Shown here piece by piece: positions 20,643 through 29,186 of a stretch of 32,000 bases of DNA. Each line of letters begins with the position of its first letter. The stretch's first letter is position 1. The stretch is from the NCBI GenBank assembly GCA_045690015.1, contig CP145877.1:180001-212000 (forward strand). Direction: 5' to 3'. A program made the position numbers and the translations under genes. Origin of the DNA: Candidatus Saccharimonadota bacterium. Its GTDB lineage: Bacteria; Pseudomonadota; Gammaproteobacteria; Enterobacterales; Enterobacteriaceae. The notes below the pieces were generated by a model. It had not been told where the DNA came from, did no database searches, and saw only the letters and a list, made by a program, of their open reading frames with translations.

Positions 20643-21596
20643 TTAATATTCTATAACTACAGAAACGGTATCGGAGTAACTTCCAGATGGAAGATTTATT
20701 TGTGCAGGATTTACTATAGCTTTATAATAAATAATATTGGGTGTTCCAGTTCCAATGAATTTCTTTTTACTTATTTTATCCCAAACAATATTAGTGTCTG
20801 GATGATAGATATTATATTCAAGATAATGATGATTATTATCAGTTAATCGACGCCATTCATCCTGAAAATTATTACCTTTAGTAAACCAAATTTTATAATT
20901 TTCTTGTTTTGTACAATTTACAGTCATATTAAGTGTTAGAGGATCAAATTGACTTGTTAATGCATGACTTCCAAAATTAATATCAGGAAGATTATTAATT
21001 ACACAATTTTTCTCTAGTATTGCATGGACTCTGATAAAGGTTGAACCTTTACCACTCCAAGATGATAAACATACTAAACCACCAAATCTACAAATAGAAT
21101 ATTCCCAATTAATTTGGATAATATCTTGATAGACTCCTGCTCGTACATTGGCATTTGGAATGGTTTTTATGTAAATAGGAACTCTAGAGTTAGTAGAGGA
21201 AAATATCATAGAAATGAGATTAAGACTTTTATAATCAATAGAATCTCCAATTTTATAACCATATTGAAAATTTTTATCTGGATAAATCATATAAGAAATA
21301 GAATCTCCAGAACCGTCTATATTTTTCAATTGCATATTATAGGACGTTCCAATAATCTTTCCCTTAATTTTATTATGTGTTAGTAAAGTCATACTCAGTC
21401 CCGAGCATGCTAGTCCTGAGTTACCTTCTGATTTTATACTGCCATTTAGAACTGCAAAAGAAGCATAATTCCCTAAATCTACTTTCCCATCTGATAACCA
21501 ACAATTAGCTAATACTCTAGTGGAAAATAATAATTTGATTATTATCAATGAAATGAAACCCAGAATAATAATCGATTTTTTGTTATTTACTGACAA
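20643..21596 (-). CDS. Two-domain pilus tip subunit/adhesin of an archaic (Csu-type) chaperone-usher pilus, CsuE-like
   Basis: 317 aa and the last gene of the operon. The signal peptide ends ...RVLA|NC. There are two tandem SCPU-like modules, each with a Cys pair and a G-x-Y-x-D strand: AGVYQDIIQINWEY at residues 153-166 and the C-terminal SGSYSDTVSVVIEY. Its start overlaps the usher stop by 10 nt. Confidence 0.65.
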   Translation of the reverse strand: MSVNNKKSIIILGFISLIIIKLLFSTRVLANCWLSDGKVDLGNYASFAVLNGSIKSEGNSGLACSGLSMTLLTHNKIKGKIIGTSYNMQLKNIDGSGDSISYMIYPDKNFQYGYKIGDSIDYKSLNLISMIFSSTNSRVPIYIKTIPNANVRAGVYQDIIQINWEYSICRFGGLVCLSSWSGKGSTFIRVHAILEKNCVINNLPDINFGSHALTSQFDPLTLNMTVNCTKQENYKIWFTKGNNFQDEWRRLTDNNHHYLEYNIYHPDTNIVWDKISKKKFIGTGTPNIIYYKAIVNPAQINLPSGSYSDTVSVVIEY

Positions 21597-24016
21597 ACTT
21601 GTTTTCCTAAATCTGATATTCCACGAAATTGTTTAATATTTAATTTTACATGACAAGTTTTTCCATTATCTGATCTAGTAATGATGATATCATTAGATTT
21701 TTTAATTCCTTCAAGCCAAACCTCTCCATCCCAACCTAACCAAGTTACTATTGATGTTCCTTTAATTTGAACTCTACTACCATTAGGTAAAAAATTATCT
21801 TTATCATCAACTACATGGAAGAGAGCTGCATATAATTTATGGATCTCAAATTCTACTAAATAACCGCTATGTTCTCTAACTGAGATTTGTTTGGTAGTTT
21901 CTGTTGCAATTACATCCATGGGTAACTTTAGTGGATCTAGATCGAATTTTGAATGATACCATCCAGTAACTGTTGGAACTAATAAATATCCTAATGTATT
22001 AGTTTTACCTACCAACTGATTTTCATAAAATACGGGGATTTCGCTGTATCCTTTAGTAGATACTAATGCAAAAGCATCAGAAATAGGCGGAGCAACATAG
22101 ATATGTCTTGCCATATTGACTATAGAACCATCTAATTCAATCCAAGCGTTTTCATCATGGTATAAATTTCCAAAAATTCCAAATCGATTTTCAAAATATC
22201 GATTTTTCCAAAAAATATTAGCTTCATGATATTTATTATTTTTTCCCTTTTGAGAAAGTATTAGATTCCATGCAATCTCTCCATTATCATTTATAATTTT
22301 ATTACTCCATATTTGACGAAAACTAGTATGATCATTTTTATCAAAATTTGATGAAAATGATGCGTTATCTGAAAAAATGATAGGTAAATTCAACATTAAT
22401 TGAGCATTATAACCATGATTTTTACCTTTTCTATTTATAGAAGCCCATAAATTTATACGTTTTGGTAAAGTAATACTATAAGATAGATTAATAAATCTGT
22501 TTGTGTTATCTTTATTATTCCATATGTTTATTAATGTTAAACTCAAATTTCCATAATTTCCAAAATTTATACTACCCGTAAGATTATTTTCATGTCTATG
22601 ATATTTTGAAAATTCTTGATGGAATAAATTGCTAGAATTATAATTACTGAAGCTATGTAAAGCACTTAAACCTAAATATGCATTGTTATAATTATAACCA
22701 ATAGTTATTTTTTGACCAATACAATTGGAAATAAAAAAAGACGATGATTTATGACAAACATTTGTATTATTATGATTAGTCATGCTACTTCCAGTCCAAG
22801 ATAGATTTATGACTCCTAACCTCATGGGTTTAAGATTTGCACCCACCCCGTAATTGAACCAATCTAAATCTCGACTCGCTTCCATTTTACCCTCTAACGT
22901 TAACCATGATTTTACTCCATGACGAATAATGCCACTAGTTATTAGATTACTAGTATAATCCATTGAATTTATACCGTAATTTTTGCGTAATAGTCCTAAT
23001 GATAGACTAAAATTAGTTAATCCTTGCTTTAAAAGTTCACTACTTACATAAAATGGGATAATGTTAACCTTTTTCATAATGCTACTTGCATTATTCGGAT
23101 CTTGATATAGTGTAACTATTTTGGCTTGACTAGCTCCCTGTATATTAGGAATGGCATCTTTTAAAATAAAAGATCCGGGATTTATTTTAGTAGAAATAAT
23201 TTTCGAATGATTAATATAAAGATTAACTATGCTGGGTTTGACTATGTGACCTTCAAATTCAGGTAAGGGATATGTAATCATATCCGGGTATAGAGAAAAA
23301 TTACGAAAAAATTTAATTCCACCTATTCTTATAGGATCAGATCCCCATAGTGAATCTGTAGTAGTATCTCCTATTATATAACTTACTAAATGTCTTTCAT
23401 CATTAATATCTAAATGAGTATCATAACGTATATAATTTATATATGGTTCATTACTCCAAATGCCTGTATTTGATAATACCGCAAATTTACTAAATATACG
23501 TACCTCTGACCAAAACCTTAACAATCCAATTTTATTATAAGAGGATAATTTTTTACGAAAATATAAATTATAATTAAATAACCATCCAAAATTACTTTTA
23601 CTTTGTATATCTGTTTGAAGAACATTTTTATGATGACTTAAAAAGATTTTATGTTTTGGAAACCAAAAATATGGGACATCAATGAGTAATCTTTGCAAGA
23701 TTACATCATATTTAACATGTATATTTTTTATTTTATCTATAGCAATAGGATGAGTAATTTTTACGTACTTGGGAATAATAAGTCCAACCGACTTAAGTTC
23801 TTTTAATCTAATATAATAATGACCATCCTTAAAATTAACCCAAATAATTTTACCCGTATTGATTCCATTCAGAATCAATTCTAGATAAAGTGTACTAGTT
23901 GGAGTGGGTATTATTCCTGACTGACTACTTAATGCCCAATTAATATGCAATAAAAATATAATTATAATTGGTATAAGTATTAGAGTTAATCGATTTTTTA
24001 ATAAATTTATATCCAT
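21587..24016 (-). CDS. Outer-membrane fimbrial usher, CsuD-like
   Basis: 809 aa with an N-terminal signal peptide. The N-terminal LYLELILNGINTGKII...YYIRLKELKSVGL resembles the usher N-domain pattern. There is a Cys pair in the last ~25 residues. Size and position between chaperone and tip subunit fit an usher. Its ATG overlaps the chaperone stop (TAATG). Confidence 0.8.
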   Translation of the reverse strand: MDINLLKNRLTLILIPIIIIFLLHINWALSSQSGIIPTPTSTLYLELILNGINTGKIIWVNFKDGHYYIRLKELKSVGLIIPKYVKITHPIAIDKIKNIHVKYDVILQRLLIDVPYFWFPKHKIFLSHHKNVLQTDIQSKSNFGWLFNYNLYFRKKLSSYNKIGLLRFWSEVRIFSKFAVLSNTGIWSNEPYINYIRYDTHLDINDERHLVSYIIGDTTTDSLWGSDPIRIGGIKFFRNFSLYPDMITYPLPEFEGHIVKPSIVNLYINHSKIISTKINPGSFILKDAIPNIQGASQAKIVTLYQDPNNASSIMKKVNIIPFYVSSELLKQGLTNFSLSLGLLRKNYGINSMDYTSNLITSGIIRHGVKSWLTLEGKMEASRDLDWFNYGVGANLKPMRLGVINLSWTGSSMTNHNNTNVCHKSSSFFISNCIGQKITIGYNYNNAYLGLSALHSFSNYNSSNLFHQEFSKYHRHENNLTGSINFGNYGNLSLTLINIWNNKDNTNRFINLSYSITLPKRINLWASINRKGKNHGYNAQLMLNLPIIFSDNASFSSNFDKNDHTSFRQIWSNKIINDNGEIAWNLILSQKGKNNKYHEANIFWKNRYFENRFGIFGNLYHDENAWIELDGSIVNMARHIYVAPPISDAFALVSTKGYSEIPVFYENQLVGKTNTLGYLLVPTVTGWYHSKFDLDPLKLPMDVIATETTKQISVREHSGYLVEFEIHKLYAALFHVVDDKDNFLPNGSRVQIKGTSIVTWLGWDGEVWLEGIKKSNDIIITRSDNGKTCHVKLNIKQFRGISDLGKQVCQ

Positions 24017-24828
24017 TAAAATTCGGGAATTAATGGTTGAAACTGCTGATTATCGTTAACTCTAGCTTCTAGACATCCTGGAGATATTATAAATGGAAAA
24101 GAAGTGGAAAAGGGGATAGAGATTTCAGCTTGAGGTAAAATGTATCCAATAAATCCATTATTAATTATAATATGTTCTATCTTTGCATTAAAGAATCTAA
24201 GATCAGTAACTTTAGCATGAACTAACCCTTTATTATGAATCATTAATAGTTTTTCACCATGTTTAGTGATTATACGATAAAATAACCTTGGTTGAGTTGC
24301 TTGCATTATATTGCGTAAATGCTGATAATTCTGTTTAGTCCAAATATTCTTCCCATCGACAAATAATGGGATTGAATAACGCATTTTAAAATTTAAACCA
24401 ATTGGATTTGTATGATTTATTAATTGATTTTTGGTAGGTTCTAAACCTACTACACTTTTAGGAATTTCATCAATAAGTATCCGATAACTCCACTCGTGGT
24501 CTTTAGGAGGAGTTATGAGTTTTATTAATCGAATTAATTGCTTGTTTTTAGGGTAAATTTCCACCATCGGTGGACTAACAATTATCTCGTGTTGTTCTTC
24601 AAGTCGATTATTATGCTTTGTTTGTTTCCAACTAAACACTCTAATTTGTACTAAAATCGAATTAGAATTATGATTTTCCAACCATAATGAAGTTGAATTT
24701 TGATCTGATTCAATTACGGGATCAAGAGGCCAAATTAATATCGAGGAATTAGCAAGAATTGAAGAATCCATTAGGATTAAATATAATAAAATTACTAAGC
24801 AATAAGGGATGGTTTTTTTTATCTGCAT
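24016..24828 (-). CDS. Periplasmic fimbrial chaperone, CsuC-like
   Basis: 270 aa with a signal peptide. ILIWPLDPVIES...SLWLENHNSNSILVQIRVFSW fits the PapD-like chaperone pattern in its archaic-type variant as I recall it from CsuC. It sits directly upstream of the usher. Confidence 0.75.
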   Translation of the reverse strand: MQIKKTIPYCLVILLYLILMDSSILANSSILIWPLDPVIESDQNSTSLWLENHNSNSILVQIRVFSWKQTKHNNRLEEQHEIIVSPPMVEIYPKNKQLIRLIKLITPPKDHEWSYRILIDEIPKSVVGLEPTKNQLINHTNPIGLNFKMRYSIPLFVDGKNIWTKQNYQHLRNIMQATQPRLFYRIITKHGEKLLMIHNKGLVHAKVTDLRFFNAKIEHIIINNGFIGYILPQAEISIPFSTSFPFIISPGCLEARVNDNQQFQPLIPEF

Positions 24829-24846
24829 AATCTTATTTATTAATAC

Positions 24847-25413
24847 TTAATAAGTAATAGTCATTGTCACTATATCTTCATACTGACCTGATTCAGGCCA
24901 AATACTAGAATTAAATAAACGTGCATAAATATAATATTTATTAACCATTATGGTGGTCATTACAGATTTACTACTTCCACCATTAATATCATTCCCCCAG
25001 ATTATACTATGTCCTGCATCTTGAAATAACTGATATCGTAAGGTTTTACTTCCTGATTTTTTCTTTAGTAATCGTCCTTGGCTTATATTACCAATTACAT
25101 TTATTCCACTATCTAACGCTAAATTAACCGTAACACCGGGAGTACATTTCAATACTATTGATCCTAAATCATAACCTAAAATAGTATCTATAGGTTGTTC
25201 AAGAGAAGTAATACTTCCAAAATTAATAGCCTTTAGATAATTGATTTTTTCATCAAACTCACAGCCTTTAACTATCTTAGCATAGATATTAAAATTTCTA
25301 CTTAAATTTGTTTCGTTCATTGCTTGAATACTTCCTATAAATAATAAATATACTCCTGTAATAATAACTATTCGGAGAATTATAACTAAATGTCTAAGTC
25401 TGATTATTACCAT
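24847..25413 (-). CDS. SCPU (spore coat protein U) domain pilin, CsuB-like minor subunit
   Basis: 188 aa with a signal peptide. It has a Cys pair (VKGCEF...LKCTPG) and the C-terminal strand SGQYEDIVTMTITY. Its start overlaps the preceding gene's stop (ATGGTAA). Confidence 0.7.
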   Translation of the reverse strand: MVIIRLRHLVIILRIVIITGVYLLFIGSIQAMNETNLSRNFNIYAKIVKGCEFDEKINYLKAINFGSITSLEQPIDTILGYDLGSIVLKCTPGVTVNLALDSGINVIGNISQGRLLKKKSGSKTLRYQLFQDAGHSIIWGNDINGGSSKSVMTTIMVNKYYIYARLFNSSIWPESGQYEDIVTMTITY

Positions 25414-25877
25414 GAGACTGTAATGATTATAGTATCTGTATACCTTCCAGTTGAAGGCGTTGTCTGTTTTGGAATTAAACCATAAATTGGTATCGATGTT
25501 TTTTTGCCATTACTAATTAAGGTCAATCCATGAATCTCATCCCATATATGTTGATATATAGCATCTATATATAAGTTATATAGTATTTTTTCACCCTTTA
25601 TACTTCTTAAATAACGTTGCTTATTAAAATAACTTTGTCCTGAACTAAGCATAATTTGATATTTCATTCCTGCATCACATGTAATTTGTAAATTCCATAT
25701 ATTTTTGTTGATATTTTTATTTAAAAGTGAATGGATTCCAAAATCTAAAGGAATCCAATCCGTACTATCCACCTTACAATGAGGTATAATATTAACAATC
25801 ACAGGCAACATAGCTATTTGAGTACTTCCAAAAATACATGATATCAGTGATAGTAAATAAAAAAATAAATTCGTCAT
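25407..25877 (-). CDS. SCPU domain pilin, CsuA-like minor subunit
   Basis: 156 aa with a signal peptide. It has a Cys pair (PHCKVD...ITCDAG) and the C-terminal strand TGRYTDTIIITVSW. Confidence 0.7.
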   Translation of the reverse strand: MTNLFFYLLSLISCIFGSTQIAMLPVIVNIIPHCKVDSTDWIPLDFGIHSLLNKNINKNIWNLQITCDAGMKYQIMLSSGQSYFNKQRYLRSIKGEKILYNLYIDAIYQHIWDEIHGLTLISNGKKTSIPIYGLIPKQTTPSTGRYTDTIIITVSW

Positions 25878-25889
25878 AATTGAGTTTTA

Positions 25890-26384
25890 TTACCAACTAA
25901 CTGTAACAGTTACAGTATCAGTATAAGAACCAGGTTTAACTGCGGGTTGTTGTGGTATACTTCCATAAATAGTTAAAGACGTTTCTTTTCCTGTTCCCGT
26001 TTCAGATAAATTACTATCCCATGGAGTAGTATGGGCTGCATCTTGGTACAGATCATAATTGATATAATCACCTTGTTCTCCTTTCATACGTCTTTGTTTT
26101 TTATTAGCCTGTAACCCATTATTTAAACTTATATGATAAGGTAATCCTTTAGTACAATTTAATCCTAAAGATCCAGTAGTTCCAGTTGACTTAGCATTGA
26201 TCACATTATTAAGATTTGGATGTTCTCCAAAATCTATCTTACCAAAATGCATTAATGTTTCTCCTGTTATTTCACAACCATTACCGATAATTATTTGTAC
26301 ATCTAAATTATTTTCTATTTGTCCTCCTGCATAAACATAAGCAGAAATAAACATAATCAAAATTATTAACAGGTTTTTAATCAT
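25890..26384 (-). CDS. SCPU domain major pilin, CsuA/B-like
   Basis: First gene of the operon. I place the start at the ATG at 26384 (MIKNLLIILIMFISAYVYA|GGQ...), which gives a proper signal peptide and has AAGGA 9 nt upstream; this makes 164 aa. It has a Cys pair (GNGCEI...LNCTKG), YDLYQDAAHT and the C-terminal PGSYTDTVTVTVSW, the same architecture I recall for A. baumannii CsuA/B. Confidence 0.75.
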   Translation of the reverse strand: MIKNLLIILIMFISAYVYAGGQIENNLDVQIIIGNGCEITGETLMHFGKIDFGEHPNLNNVINAKSTGTTGSLGLNCTKGLPYHISLNNGLQANKKQRRMKGEQGDYINYDLYQDAAHTTPWDSNLSETGTGKETSLTIYGSIPQQPAVKPGSYTDTVTVTVSW

Positions 26385-26450
26385 ATTGACTATCCTTTTA
26401 GTTATGTCATCATATATGGATATGATCAATGAATGATATGTAATATCTAA

Positions 26451-26478
26451 AGTGTAAAATAACTCAGTAATTTGTCAA
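26451..26478 (-). promoter_or_regulatory. Candidate sigma70 promoter for the pilus operon
   Basis: On the minus strand: a perfect TTGACA (26478-26473), a 16-nt spacer, then TACACT (26456-26451), about 65 nt upstream of the major pilin ATG in the hflC-pilin spacer. Not validated, and in AT-rich DNA it could be a chance match. Confidence 0.3.
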
Positions 26479-26521
26479 ATTAAGAAGTAATGAAATGATG
26501 GTTGTTTACTTTTAAATCTGA

Positions 26522-27454
26522 TTATTTATTAATAGATGGAGATGGGATCATATAACGTAAAAAAGGATGATTTAAATCTAATATGATTAAGTCTTTATTA
26601 TATTTAAAGATTTTTTTATAAGCATGCAAAGTACGAATAAAACTATAAAAAGTCGTATCTTGATTAAAATAAGTAGCAAATAATTTAGCTACTAGTGCAT
26701 CAGCTTCTCCCCGTATAACACGCGCTTGTCTTTCAGCTTCTGCTATAATAGATATTACTTCATAATCTGCAGCAGCACGTATTTTTTCGGCCTCTTCTTT
26801 ACCTTGTGAACGATGAAGACTAGCATCTGCATCCCTTTCGGCGCGCATTCTATTATATATAGCATCTGATACTTCAGATGGTAAATTAATTTGTTTAATA
26901 CGTACATCCACTACTTGAATACCTAATAAACTAATACTTTCGGGTGTAAACTTCATTCCCGCATGTCGATTAATAATACTTTCATTTAAGTTGTTAAGGA
27001 GTATTGTGGTTAGTTTGCCTCGTGAATCTGTTACAATATCTTTTACATTTAAACGTCCTATTTCGGAACGAAGTCGATCGCTAAATTTTCTACTAAGAAA
27101 TTTTTCTGCTTGATAAATATTTCCTCCACCTGTACTGACATAAAAACGACTAAAATCATTGATGCGCCATTTTATATATGAATCGACAATTAGATCTTTT
27201 TTTTCTTTTGTAACAAATCTATCAGTTTGATTTTCTAAAGTTTGAATACGAGAATCTATAAATTTTACGGTTTCAATAAATGGATTCTTAAAATGCAATC
27301 CTGGTGATAATACTACTGCATTATGATTAATATCGCGTAAAATTTTACCAAAACGCAACAAAATACCTCGTTGACCTTCTTGGATAATAAAACAGGAGGA
27401 ATAGAGCATAATAAATATTATTATAGTAAATAATATGGCTAAAGATTTACGCAT
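26522..27454 (-). CDS. hflC: FtsH modulator HflC (SPFH/band-7 family)
   Basis: 310 aa. EGQRGILLRFGK, DRFVTKEKKDLIVDSYIKWRI.DFSR.Y, KFSDRLRSEIGRL.VKDIVTDSRG and VDVRIKQINLP.EVS.AIYNRMRAER match E. coli HflC. Its start overlaps the hflK stop by 8 nt. Confidence 0.93.
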   Translation of the reverse strand: MRKSLAILFTIIIFIMLYSSCFIIQEGQRGILLRFGKILRDINHNAVVLSPGLHFKNPFIETVKFIDSRIQTLENQTDRFVTKEKKDLIVDSYIKWRINDFSRFYVSTGGGNIYQAEKFLSRKFSDRLRSEIGRLNVKDIVTDSRGKLTTILLNNLNESIINRHAGMKFTPESISLLGIQVVDVRIKQINLPSEVSDAIYNRMRAERDADASLHRSQGKEEAEKIRAAADYEVISIIAEAERQARVIRGEADALVAKLFATYFNQDTTFYSFIRTLHAYKKIFKYNKDLIILDLNHPFLRYMIPSPSINK

Positions 27455-28679
27455 GATGGGTTATCCTAGGAGTACGTATAGCATTAGCTTTACGTTGACT
27501 CATAATGTCATTTTTTTCAGTATTTAATGAGGACATATTATTATATTTATTATTACTCATTAATAAGCTTGGTTGGTTATTATCATAAAGCCTATTTCTT
27601 AGTTTAATTTTTTTACTATTTAGATAATTAGTTCTGATGTCTCTATCTCCCAAATTTTTCATTGGTATAATAAAAATATTATTACTGCTAGAACTAATTA
27701 CTACGTGATGGGTGTGACTTAATATATATTCGATACTTTCAATATATAATCGTTCTTTAGTAATTTCAGGGGCAATTCTATATTCAGGCAAAATTTTTGT
27801 AAATTGTGTTACTTCGCCTTGAGCTTCCAATATAGTACGTTTCTTATAAGCATAAGCTTCTTCAATTATGCGTTGTGCTCTACCACTTGCTTGTGGTTGT
27901 ACTTCATTAGAATAAGCTTCTGCCTCACGAATATATTGTTCTTCATTCTCTCGGGCAGCGATTGCATCATCAAATGCAGATTTGACCTCTTCAGGCGGAC
28001 GAGCAGATTGCAAATTTACATCGAGTAATGTAATTCCCATATTATACGGATCAATAATTTTTTCTAATTCTTTTTTAGTATCCCTACGAATGATAGTACG
28101 CCCTTCTGTCAGAATGGTATTCATTGTAGATTTTCCAATTACACCACGCAAAGCACTATCAGTTGCCTGACGTAAGCTCTCATCGGGATTATTAACGGAA
28201 AAAAGATAATTTATTGGATTAGTAATACGATATTGGACATTCATTTCTACATCAACTAAATTTTCATCAGAAGTTAACATTCTACCTATCGCTATTATTT
28301 CACGTACAGCTTCTACATTTATAGAATATACTTTATCAATGAAATTAAATTTCCAATTTAAACCAGGAAAAACTATATGGCTAACTTTACCAAATCTAGT
28401 TACGATACCTCTATCAGATTCTTTAATCGTGTAGAAACCACTTATTACCCAACTGATAATAATCATCATTACTATGAAAAATAAATTATATTTTAGAAAT
28501 GGGGCATGTTTATTCCGATTACCTAATCTTAAAAAAAATAATTTTTTAAATCTACTATATACTTGAGAATATCCCTTATCATGGTTAGTATCTTCATTAG
28601 AAGATTTTTTCTCTCCCCAAGGATCATTATGATTTTTTGAGTTTGATTTAATCAAATCAGAAGATTGATATAGATTCAT
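27447..28679 (-). CDS. hflK: FtsH modulator HflK (SPFH/band-7 family)
   Basis: 410 aa with one transmembrane segment followed by an SPFH domain (ESDRGIVTRFGK...MLTSDEN.VDVEMNVQYRI.NP..YLFSV..P). It has the conserved position upstream of hflC. Confidence 0.93.
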   Translation of the reverse strand: MNLYQSSDLIKSNSKNHNDPWGEKKSSNEDTNHDKGYSQVYSRFKKLFFLRLGNRNKHAPFLKYNLFFIVMMIIISWVISGFYTIKESDRGIVTRFGKVSHIVFPGLNWKFNFIDKVYSINVEAVREIIAIGRMLTSDENLVDVEMNVQYRITNPINYLFSVNNPDESLRQATDSALRGVIGKSTMNTILTEGRTIIRRDTKKELEKIIDPYNMGITLLDVNLQSARPPEEVKSAFDDAIAARENEEQYIREAEAYSNEVQPQASGRAQRIIEEAYAYKKRTILEAQGEVTQFTKILPEYRIAPEITKERLYIESIEYILSHTHHVVISSSSNNIFIIPMKNLGDRDIRTNYLNSKKIKLRNRLYDNNQPSLLMSNNKYNNMSSLNTEKNDIMSQRKANAIRTPRITHHA

Positions 28680-28833
28680 TTTACTCCACCAAATATAACT
28701 GAACTAGTTTATAATAACTTTTATTAGTATTCCATCAAGTAATAATTCACTTTATTGAAGACATTCAATATTCAATCTTTTTCTTCTTTATTACTAAAAA
28801 AAATTCAAATGATCTTTCTAATTAGTAGAAGAA

Positions 28834-29094
28834 TTATTTATTACTATTTTGTAGATTAGTAAAATCAGTTCCACTTGTACCATAGTAATTAATTAATTTT
28901 GATGGCACTACAGTAGAAATAGCATGTTTATATATCATTTGGCTAACAGTATTTTTTAATAAAATCACAAAGTGATCAAAAGATTCGATCTGTCCTTGTA
29001 ATTTTATTCCATTTATTAAGTAAATTGAAACTGGAATACGCTCACGGCGCAATGCATTTAAGAACGGATCTTGTAATAATTGTCCTTTAGCCAT
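28834..29094 (-). CDS. hfq: RNA chaperone Hfq (short C-terminal tail)
   Basis: 86 aa. Residues 1-65 are almost identical to E. coli Hfq ([60 protein letters not shown]). The disordered tail is shorter than in the 102-aa E. coli protein. Confidence 0.97.
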   Translation of the reverse strand: MAKGQLLQDPFLNALRRERIPVSIYLINGIKLQGQIESFDHFVILLKNTVSQMIYKHAISTVVPSKLINYYGTSGTDFTNLQNSNK

Positions 29095-29186
29095 TCTATT
29101 TATTTCCCTTTTTATGGTTCGTATTTTTGTATATACTTAATTCCATGAAATTAATTTCAATCCTACCTAATAAATTAGATGGATAG

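Noticed and set aside
26385-26429. 15-codon N-terminal extension of the major pilin ORF (MIISIYDDITKRIVN...)
   Set aside because: It would bury the signal peptide. The internal ATG at 26384 has an AAGGA Shine-Dalgarno sequence and yields a canonical signal peptide.
20563-26521. Pilus cluster as a recently acquired genomic island or mobile element
   Set aside because: There is no integrase, transposase, IS end, tRNA target or flanking direct repeat. The two flanks share only trivial AT-rich words, and base composition looks the same as the housekeeping genes.
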